From the NCBI GenBank assembly GCA_964016885.1, contig OZ024740.1:8494001-8558000 (forward strand): a stretch of DNA of 64,000 nt. The letters are read 5' to 3'. The notes beneath the pieces were generated by a model. The model was not told the DNA's origin. It did no database searches and saw only the letters and a list, made by a program, of their open reading frames with translations. Source of the stretch: Eledone cirrhosa (taxonomy: Eukaryota). The number at the start of each line of letters is the position of its first letter. Position 1 is the first letter of the stretch. Shown here in pieces: positions 54,001 to 64,000 of this stretch. The position numbers were made by a program, and so were the translations under genes.

Positions 54001-57000
54001 TGGTATGTCAGTTTCGATTTGTATGTCAGTTTCGATTGGTATATCAGTTTCGATTGGTATGTCAGTTTCAATTGATATGTCAGTTTCGATTGCTATATCA
54101 GTTCCGATTGGTATGTCAGTTACGATTGGTATGTCAGTTTCGATTGGTATATCAGTTTCGATTGGTATAATAGTTTCGACTGGTATATCAGTTTCGATTA
54201 GTATAATCAGTTTCTATTCGTATGTTAGTTTCGATTAGTATATCAGTTTCTATCGGTATGTCAGTTTCGATTGATATGTCAGTTTCGATTGGTATATCAG
54301 TTCCGTTAGTATGTCAGTTTCGATTGGTATATCAGTTTCAATTGGTATGTCAGTTTTGACTGGTATGTCAGTTTTGATTGGTATGTCAATTTCGATTGGT
54401 ATATCAGTTTCGATTAGTATGTCAGTTTCTATTGGTATGTAAGTTTAGATTAGTATATCACTATCTATTTGTATGTCATTTTCAATTGGTATGTCTGTTT
54501 CTAATGATATATCAGTTTCGATTGGTATATCAGTTTTGATTGGTATATCAGTTTTGAATGGTATGTCAGTTTCGATTGGTATGTCAGTTTCGATTGGTAT
54601 ATCAGTTCCGATTGGTATGTCAGTTTAGATTGGTATGTCAGTTTCGATTGGTATATCAGCTTCGATTCGTATATCAGTTTCTATTGGTATATCAGTTTCT
54701 ATTAGTATGTCAGTTTTGATTGGTATGTCAGTTTCGATTTGTATGTCAGTTTCGATTGGTATGTCAGTTTCGATTGGTATGTCAGCTTCGATTGATATGT
54801 CAGTTTCGATTGGTATATCAGTTCCGATTGGTATGTCAGTTTCGATTGGTATGTCAGTTTTGATTGGTATGTCAATTTCGATTGGTATATCAGTTTCGAT
54901 TAGTATGTCAGTTTCTATTGGTATGTTAGTTTCGATTAGTATATCACTTTCTATTGGTATGTCAGTTTCGATTGGTATGTCTGTTTCTATTGATATATCA
55001 GTTTCGATTGTTATATCAGTTTTGATTGGTATATCAGTTTCGATTGGTATGTCAGTTTCTGTTGGTATTTCAGTTTCTATTGGTATGTCAGTTTTGATTG
55101 GTATATCACTTTTGAATGGTATCTCAGTTTCGATTGGTATGTTATTTTCGATTGGTATATCAGTTATTATTGGTATGTCAGTTTAGATTGGTATGTCAGT
55201 TTCGATTGGTATATCAGTTTCGATTGGTATGTCAGTTTCGATTGGTACGTAAATTTCGATGGGTATATTAGTTTCTATTGGTATGTCAGTTTCAATTAGT
55301 ATATGAGTTTCTATTGCTATGTCAGTTTCGATTGGTATATCAGTTTTGATTTGTATATGAGTTCCTATATCTATATCAGTTTCTATTGGTATGTCAGTTT
55401 CAACTGGTATGTAAGTTTCGATTAGTATATCAGTTTCTATTGGTATGTCAGTTTCTATTGGTATATCAGCTTCGATTGGTATATCAGTTTCGATTAGTGT
55501 GTTAGTTTCTATTGGTATGTCAGTTTTGACTGGTATATCAGTTTCGATTGGTATGTCAGTTTCGATTGGTATGTCAGTTTCGATTGGTATATCAGTTTCT
55601 ATTGGTATGTCAGTTTCGATTGGTATGTCAGTTTCTATTGGTATATCAGTTTCGATTGATATATCAGTTTCGATTAGTATATCAGTTTCTACTGGTTTGT
55701 CAGTTTCGATTAGTATATCAGTTTCTATTGGTATGTCAGTTTCGATTGGTATATCAGTTTCGATTCGTATATCAGTTCCTATTGCTATATCAGTTTCAAT
55801 TGGTATGTAAGTTTCGATTGGTATATCAGTTTCGATGGGTATGTCAGTTTCAATTAGTATATTAGTTTCGATTGGTATGTCAATTTCAATTAGTATATCA
55901 GTTTCTATTGGTATATCAGTTTCGATTGGTATGTCAGTTTCTATTAGTATATCAGTTTCTATAGGTATGTCAGTATCTATTGGTATATCAGTTTCGATTG
56001 GTATGTCAGTTTCTATTGGTATATCAGTTTCGATGGATACATCAGTTTCGATTAGTATGTCAGTTTCAACTGGTATGTCAGTTTGGATTGGTATGTCAGT
56101 TTGGATTGGTATGTCAATTTCGATTGGTATATCAGTTTCTATTAGTATGTTAGTTTCAATTGGAATATCAGTTTCGATTGGTATATCAGTTTCGATTAGT
56201 ATAATCAGTTTCCATTGGTATGTCAGTTTCTATTGGTATATAAGTTCCGATTGGTATATCAGTTTCAATTAGTATATCAGTTACTATTGGTATATCAGTT
56301 TCGATTGGTATGTCAGTTTCTAATGATATATCAGTTTCGATTGGTATATCAGTTTTGATTGGTATATCAGTTTTGAATGGTATGTCAGTTTCGATTGGTA
56401 TGTCAGTTTCGATTGGTATATCAGTTTCGATTGGTATGTCAGTTTTGATTGGTATATCAGTTCCGATTGGTATGTCAGTTTAGATTGGTATGTCAGTTTC
56501 GATAGGTATATCAGTTTCGATTGGTATGTCAGTTTCAATTAGTATATCAGTTTCTATTGGTATGTCAGTTTCGATTGGTATATCAGTTTCAATTAGTATA
56601 TCAGTTTCTATTGGTATGTCAGTTTCGATTGGTATGTCAGTTTCTATTGATATATCAGTTTTGATTAGTATATGAGTTCCTATAGCTATATCAGTTTCTA
56701 TTGGTATGTCAGTTTCGATTTGTATGTCAGTTTTGATTGATATATCAGTTTCGATTGGTATGTCAGCTTCGATTGATATGTCAGTTTCGATTGGTATATC
56801 AGTTCCGATTGGTATGTCAGTTTCGATTGGTATGTCAGTTTTGATTGGTATGTCAATTTCGATTGGTATATCAGTTTCGATTAGTATGTCAGTTTCTATT
56901 GGTATGTTAGTTTCGATTAGTATATCACTTTCTATTGGTATGTCAGTTTCGATTGGTATGTCTGTTTCTATTGATATATCAGTTTCGATTGTTATATCAG

Positions 57001-57204
57001 TTTTGATTGGTATATCAGTTTCGATTGGTATGTCAGTTTCTATTGGTATTTCAGTTTCTATTGGTATGTCAGTTTTGATTGGTATATCACTTTTGAATGG
57101 TATCTCAGTTTCGATTGGTATGTCGTTTTCGATTGGTATATCAGTTCTGATTGGTATGTCAGTTTAGATTGGTATGTCAGTTTCGATTGGTATATCAGTT
57201 TCTA

Positions 57205-60200
57205 TGGGTATATCAGTTTCTATTGGTATATCAGTTTCGATTGGTATATCAGTTTCGATAGTATGTTAGTTTTGATTGGTATATCAGTTTCTATTGGTAT
57301 ATCAGTTTCGATTGATATATCAGTTTCGATTAGTATGTCAGTTTCTACTGGTATGTCAGTTTGGATTGGTATGTCAATTTCGATTGGTATGTCAGTTTCG
57401 ATTGGTATGTCAATTTCGATTGGTATATCAGTTTCGATTAGTATGTTAGTTTCAATTGGAATATCAGTTTCGATTGGTATATCAGTTTCGACTGGTATAT
57501 CAGTTTCGATTAGTATAATCAGTTTCTATTGGTATGTCAGTTTCTATTGGTATATCAGTATCGATTGGTATATCAGTTTCGATTGGTATGTCAGTTTCTA
57601 TTGGTATGTTAGTTTCGATTAGTATATCAGTTTCTATTGGTATGTCAGTTTTGATTGGTATGTCAGTTTCGACTGGTATGTCAGTTTCGATTGGTATATC
57701 AGTTTCGATTGGTATGTCAGTTTCGATTGATATGTCAGTTTCGATTGGTATATCAGTTCCGATTGGTATGTCAGTTTCGATTGGTATGTCAGTTTCGATT
57801 GGTATATCAGTTTCGATTGGTATGTCAGTTTTGATTGGTATATCAGTTCCGATTGGTATGTCAGTTTAGATTGGTATGTCAGTTTTGATTGGTATATCAG
57901 TTTCGATTGGTATGTCAATTTCAATTAGTATATCAGTTTCTATTGGTATGTCAGTTTCGATTGGTATATCAGTTTCAATTAGTATATCAGTTTCTATTGG
58001 TATGTCAGTTTCGATTGGTATATCAGTTTTGATTAGTATATGAGTGCCTATAGCTATATGAGTTTCTATTGGTATGTCAGTTTCTATTGGTATATCAGCT
58101 TCGATTCGTATATCAGTTTCTATTGGTATATCAGTTTCTATTGGTATGTCAGATTTGATTGGTATGTCAGTTTCGATTTGTATGTCAGTTTCGATTGATA
58201 TATCAGTTTCTATTGGTATATCAGTTTCTATTGATATGTCAGTTTCGATTGGTATATCAGTTCCGATTGGTATGTCAGTTTCGATTGGTATGTCAGTTTT
58301 GATTGGTATGTCAATTTCGATTGGTATATCAGTTTCGATTAGTATGTCAGTTTCTATTGGTATGTTAGTTTCGATTAGTATATCACTTTCTATTGGTATG
58401 TCAGTTTCGATTGGTATGTCTGTTTCTATTGATATATCAGTTTCGATTGTTATATCAGTTTTGATTGGTATATCAGTTTGTATTGGTATGTCAGTTTCTG
58501 TTGGTATTCCAGTTTCTATTGGTATGTCAGTTTTGATTGGTATATCACTTTTGAATGGTATCTCAGTTTCGATTGGTATGTCATTTTCGATTGGTATATC
58601 AGTTCTGATTGGTATGTCAGTTTAGATTGGTATGTCAGTTTCGATTGGTATATCAGTTTCGATTGGTATGTCAGTTTCGATTGGTACGTAAATTTGGATG
58701 GGTATATTAGTTTCTATTGGTATGTCAGTTTCAGTTAGTATATGAGTTTCTATTGCTATGTCAGTTTCGATTGGTATATCAGTTTTGATTTGTATATGAA
58801 TTCCTATATCTATATCAGTTTCTATTGGTATGTCAGTTTCAGCTGGTAGGTAAGTTTCGATTAGTATATCAGTTTCTATTGGTATGTCAGTTTCTATTGG
58901 TATATCAGCTTCGATTGGTATGTCAGTTTCGATTGGTATGTCAGTTTCGATTGGTATATCAGTTCCGATTGGTATGTCAATTTCGATTGGTATATCAGTT
59001 TCTATTGGTATGACAGTTTCGATTGGTATGTCAGTTTCTATTGGTATATCAGTTTCGATTGATATATCAGTTTCGATTCATATATCAGTTTCGATTAGTA
59101 TATCAGTTTCTACTGGTATGTCAGTTTCGATTAGTATATCAGTTTCTATTGGTATGTCAGTTTCGATTGGTATATCAGTTTCGATTCGTATATCAGTTCC
59201 TATTGCTATATCAGTTTCAATTGGTATGTAAGTTTCGATTGGTATATCAGTTTCGATGGGTATATCAGTTTCTATTGGTATATCAGTTTCGATTGGTATA
59301 TCAGTTTCGATAGTATGTTAGTTTTGATTGGTATATCAGTTTCTATTGGTATATCAGTTTCGATTGATATATCAGTTTCGATTAGTATGTCAGTTTCTAC
59401 TGGTATGTCAGTTTGGATTGGTATGTCAATTTCGATTGGTATGTCAGTTTCGATTGGTATGTCAATTTCGATTGGTATATCAGTTTCGATTAGTATGTTA
59501 GTTTCAATTGGAATATCAGTTTCGATTGGTATATCAGTTTCGACTGGTATATCAGTTTCGATTAGTATAATCAGTTTCTATTGGTATGTCAGTTTCTATT
59601 GGTATATCAGTATCGATTGGTATATCAGTTTCGATTGGTATGTCAGTTTCTATTGGTATGTTAGTTTCGATTAGTATATCAGTTTCTATTGGTATGTCAG
59701 TTTTGATTGGTATGTCAGTTTCGACTGGTATGTCAGTTTCGATTGGTATATCAGTTTCGATTGGTATGTCAGTTTCGATTGATATGTCAGTTTCGATTGG
59801 TATATCAGTTCCGATTGGTATGTCAGTTTCGATTGGTATGTCAGTTTCGATTGGTATATCAGTTTCGATTGGTATGTCAGTTTTGATTGGTATATCAGTT
59901 CCGATTGGTATGTCAGTTTAGATTGGTATGTCAGTTTTGATTGGTATATCAGTTTCGATTGGTATGTCAATTTCAATTAGTATATCAGTTTCTATTGGTA
60001 TGTCAGTTTCGATTGGTATATCAGTTTCAATTAGTATATCAGTTTCTATTGGTATGTCAGTTTCGATTGGTATATCAGTTTTGATTAGTATATGAGTGCC
60101 TATAGCTATATGAGTTTCTATTGGTATGTCAGTTTCTATTGGTATATCAGCTTCGATTCGTATATCAGTTTCTATTGGTATATCAGTTTCTATTGGTATG

Positions 60201-61312
60201 TCAGATTTGATTGGTATGTCAGTTTCGATTTGTATGTCAGTTTCGATTGATATATCAGTTTCTATTGGTATATCAGTTTCTATTGATATGTCAGTTTCGA
60301 TTGGTATATCAGTTCCGATTGGTATGTCAGTTTCGATTGGTATGTCAGTTTTGATTGGTATGTCAATTTCGATTGGTATATCAGTTTCGATTAGTATGTC
60401 AGTTTCTATTGGTATGTTAGTTTCGATTAGTATATCACTTTCTATTGGTATGTCAGTTTCGATTGGTATGTCTGTTTCTATTGATATATCAGTTTCGATT
60501 GTTATATCAGTTTTGATTGGTATATCAGTTTGTATTGGTATGTCAGTTTCTGTTGGTATTCCAGTTTCTATTGGTATGTCAGTTTTGATTGGTATATCAC
60601 TTTTGAATGGTATCTCAGTTTCGATTGGTATGTCATTTTCGATTGGTATATCAGTTCTGATTGGTATGTCAGTTTAGATTGGTATGTCAGTTTCGATTGG
60701 TATATCAGTTTCGATTGGTATGTCAGTTTCGATTGGTACGTAAATTTCGATGGGTATATTAGTTTCTATTGGTATGTCAGTTTCAGTTAGTATATGAGTT
60801 TCTATTGCTATGTCAGTTTCGATTGGTATATCAGTTTTGATTTGTATATGAATTCCTATATCTATATCAGTTTCTATTGGTATGTCAGTTTCAGCTGGTA
60901 GGTAAGTTTCGATTAGTATATCAGTTTCTATTGGTATGTCAGTTTCTATTGGTATATCAGCTTCGATTGGTATGTCAGTTTCGATTGGTATGTCAGTTTC
61001 GATTGGTATATCAGTTCCGATTGGTATGTCAATTTCGATTGGTATATCAGTTTCTATTGGTATGACAGTTTCGATTGGTATGTCAGTTTCTATTGGTATA
61101 TCAGTTTCGATTGATATATCAGTTTCGATTGATATATCAGTTTCGATTAGTATATCAGTTTCTACTGGTATGTCAGTTTCGATTAGTATATCAGTTTCTA
61201 TTGGTATGTCAGTTTCGATTGGTATATCAGTTTCGATTCGTATATCAGTTCCTATTGCTATATCAGTTTCAATTGGTATGTAAGTTTCGATTGGTATATC
61301 AGTTTCGATGGG
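57205..61312 (+). repeat. Near-perfect 2052-bp tandem duplication (114 monomer lengths)
   Basis: ORF-track pairs 57263/59315, 57534/59586, 58074/60126 and 58884/60936. Confidence 0.9.
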
Positions 61313-61629
61313 TATGTCAATTTCAATTAGTATCTCAGTTTCTATTGGTATATCAGTTTCGATTGGTATGTCAGTTTCTATTAGTATATCAGTTTCTATA
61401 GGTATGTCAGTTTCTATTGGTATATCAGTTTCGATTGGTATGTCAGTTTCTATTGGTATATCAGTTTCGATGGATACATCAGTTTCGTTTAGTATGTCAG
61501 TTTCAACTGGTATGTCAGTTTGGATTGATATGTCAGTTTCGATTGGTATGTCAGTTTCGATTGGTATGTCAATTTCGATTGGTATATCAGTTTCGATTAG
61601 TATGTTAGTTTCAATTGGAATATCAGTTT

Positions 61630-64000
61630 CGATTGGTATATCAGTTTCGACTGGTATATCAGTTTCGATTAGTATAATCAGTTTCTATTGGTATGTCAGT
61701 TTCTATTGGTATATCAGTACCGATTGGTATATCAGTTTCGATTAGTATGTCAGTTTCTATTCGTATGTTAGTTTCGATTAGTATATCAGTTTCTATCGGT
61801 ATGTCAGTTTCGATTGATATGTCAGTTTTGATTGGTATATCAGTTCCGATTAGTATGTCAGTTTCGATTGGTATATCAGTTTCAATTGGTATGTCAGTTT
61901 TGACTGGTATGTCAGTTTCGATTGGTATGTCAATTTCGATTGGTATATCAGTTTCGATTGGTATGTCAATTTCGATTGGTATATCAGTTTCGATTAGTAT
62001 GTCAGTTTCTATTGGTATGTTAGTTTCGATTAGTATATCACTTTCTATTTGTATGTCAGTTTCGATTGGTATGTCTGTTTCTAATGATATATCAGTTTCG
62101 ATTGGTATATCAGTTTTGATTGGTATATCAGTTTTGAATGGTATGTCAGTTTCGATTGGTATGTCAGTTTCGATTGGTATATCAGTTCCGATTGGTATGT
62201 CAGTTTAGATTGGTATGTCAGTTTCGATTGGTATATCAGTTTCGATTGGTATGTCAGTTTCGATTGGTATATCAGTTTTGATTTGTATATGAGTTCCTAT
62301 AGCTATATCAGTTTCTATTGGTATGTCAGTTTCTATTGGTATATCAGCTTCGATTGGTATATCAGTTTCTATTGGTATATCAGTTTCTATTGGTATGTCA
62401 GGTTCGATTGGTACGTAATTTCGATGGGTATATTAGTTTCTATTGGTATGTCAGTTTCAATTAGTATATCAGTTTCTATTGGTATGTCAGTTTCGATTGG
62501 TATATCAGTTTTGATTTGTATATGAGTTCCTATAGCTATATCAGTTTCTATTGGTATGTCAGTTTCTATTGGTATATCAGCTTCGATTGGTATATCAGTT
62601 TCTCTTGGTATATCAGTTTCTATTGGTATGTCAGTTTTGATTGGTATTTCAGTTTCGATTTGTATGTCAGTTTCGATTGGTATATCAGTTTCGATTGGTA
62701 TGTCAGTTTCAATTGATATGTCAGTTTCGATTGCTATATCAGTTCCGATTGGTATGTCAGTTGCGATTGGTATGTCAGTTTCGATTGGTATATCAGTTTC
62801 GATTGGTATATCAGTTTCGACTGGTATATCAGTTTCGATTAGTATAATCAGTTTCTATTGGTATGTCAGTTTCTATTGGTATATCAGTACCGATTGGTAT
62901 ATCAGTTTCGATTAGTATGTCAGTTTCTATTCGTATGTTAGTTTCGATTAGTATATCAGTTTCTATCGGTATGTCAGTTTCGATTGATGTGTCAGTTTCG
63001 ATTGGTATATCAGTTCCGATTAGTATGTCAGTTTCGATTGGTATATCAGTTTCAATTGGTATGTCAGTTTTGACTGGTATGTCAGTTTCGATTGGTATGT
63101 CAATTTCGATTGGTATATCAGTTTCGATTGGTATGTCAATTTCGATTGGTATATCAGTTTCAATTAGTATGTCAGTTTCTATTGGTATGTAAGTTTCGAT
63201 TAGTATATCACTTTCTATTTGTATGTCAGTTTCGATTGGTATGTCTGTTTCTAATGATATATCAGTTTCGATTGGTATATCAGTTTTGATTGGTATATCA
63301 GTTTTGAATGGTATGTCAGTTTCGATTGGTATGTCAGTTTCGATTGGTATATCAGTTCCGATTGGTATGTCAGTTTAGATTGGTATGTCAGTTTCGATTG
63401 GTATATCAGTTTCGATTGGTATGTCAGTTTCGATTGGTATATCAGTTTTGATTTGTATATGAGTTCCTATAGCTATATCAGTTTCTATTGGTATGTCAGT
63501 TTCTATTGGTATATCAGCTTCGATTGGTATATCAGTTTCTATTGGTATATCAGTTTCTATTGGTATGTCAGGTTCGATTGGTACGTAATTTCGATGGGTA
63601 TATTAGTTTCTATTGGTATGTCAGTTTCAATTAGTATATCAGTTTCTATTGGTATGTCAGTTTCGATTGGTATATCAGTTTTGATTTGTATATGAGTTCC
63701 TATAGCTATATCAGTTTCTATTGGTATGTCAGTTTCTATTGGTATATCAGCTTCGATTGGTATATCAGTTTCTATTGGTATATCAGTTTCTATTGGTATG
63801 TCAGTTTTGATTGGTATGTCAGTTTCGATTTGTATGTCAGTTTCGATTGGTATATCAGTTTCGATTGGTATGTCAGTTTCAATTGATATGTCAGTTTCGA
63901 TTGCTATATCAGTTCCGATTGGTATGTCAGTTACGATTGGTATGTCAGTTTCGATTGGTATATCAGTTTCGATTGGTATATCAGTTTCGACTGGTATATC
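61630..64000 (+). repeat. 1170-bp tandem duplication (65 monomer lengths), running to the window end
   Basis: ORF-track pairs 61693/62863, 62283/63453 and 62516/63686. Confidence 0.88.

Larger units (their letters stand above)
41557..55808 (+). repeat. Near-perfect 7124-bp tandem duplication (41557-48680 / 48681-55808)
   Basis: The offset is a constant 7124 across all ORF-track pairs (41750/48874 through 48321/55445) and the LINE fragments. Only a handful of substitutions are visible. Confidence 0.92.
1..64000 (+). repeat. 18-bp satellite array (about 3,300 monomers), consensus TCAGTTTC[G/T]ATTGGTAT[G/A], single orientation, interrupted only by retroposons
   Basis: 18-bp periodicity is visible from base 1 to 64000. 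The ORF track shows the six-residue translations SVSIGM, QFRLVC, YVSFDW (plus) and ETDIPI, KLTYQS (minus). The monomer count is estimated as about 60.3 kb / 18. Confidence 0.99.

Noticed and set aside
13-63886. Hundreds of ORFs (SVSIGM, QFRLVC, YVSFDW, ETDIPI and KLTYQS repeats, up to 434 aa)
   Set aside because: An 18-bp monomer is 6 codons, and five of the six frames of the consensus have no stop. Stops and frameshifts occur freely and there are no unique domains, so these ORFs are artefacts.
1-64000. CRISPR array
   Set aside because: Monomers are head-to-tail with no unique spacers, there are no cas genes, and the context is eukaryotic retroposons.
1-64000. Hammerhead ribozyme in the satellite minus strand (GAAAC and CTGA in each monomer)
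   Set aside because: The core requires CUGANGA, but the monomer gives CTGAYAT, and the three helices cannot form.
1-64000. Telomeric repeat, CENP-B box or functional CCAAT-box array
   Set aside because: There is no TTAGGG-type unit. TTCG lacks the downstream CGGG of a CENP-B box. ATTGG/CCAAT in each monomer is only a 5-bp match with no supporting evidence.

Overview
About 94% of this eukaryotic window is one satellite array in a single orientation. The monomer is 18 bp (consensus TCAGTTTC[G/T]ATTGGTAT[G/A]), and the array carries nested kb-scale tandem duplications of about 1.1, 1.2, 1.4, 1.7, 2.05, 5.5, 7.1 and 7.4-8.5 kb. The only non-satellite DNA is 10 retroposon copies from about 5 independent insertions. 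These are one 5'-truncated RTE-like LINE with an open reverse-transcriptase frame (3226-4865), two duplicated 3' fragments of that LINE family (43504-43910, 50628-51034), three copies of a tRNA-derived SINE sharing the LINE 3' end (5103-5468, 12148-12498, 25164-25504 minus), and four 64-bp 3'-end stubs. All have (ATG/TGA)n tails. The SINE/LINE 3' motifs resemble octopod repeats as I remember them (unverified). Apart from the RT frame, the ORF track is an artefact of the 6-codon monomer or of retroposon antisense frames. I see no host gene, no CRISPR array and no clearly new multi-gene system. The best leads are a PHD-type zinc finger inside the RT domain, covarying RNA structures shared by the LINE, SINE and stubs, and insertions that cluster at one position of the monomer.
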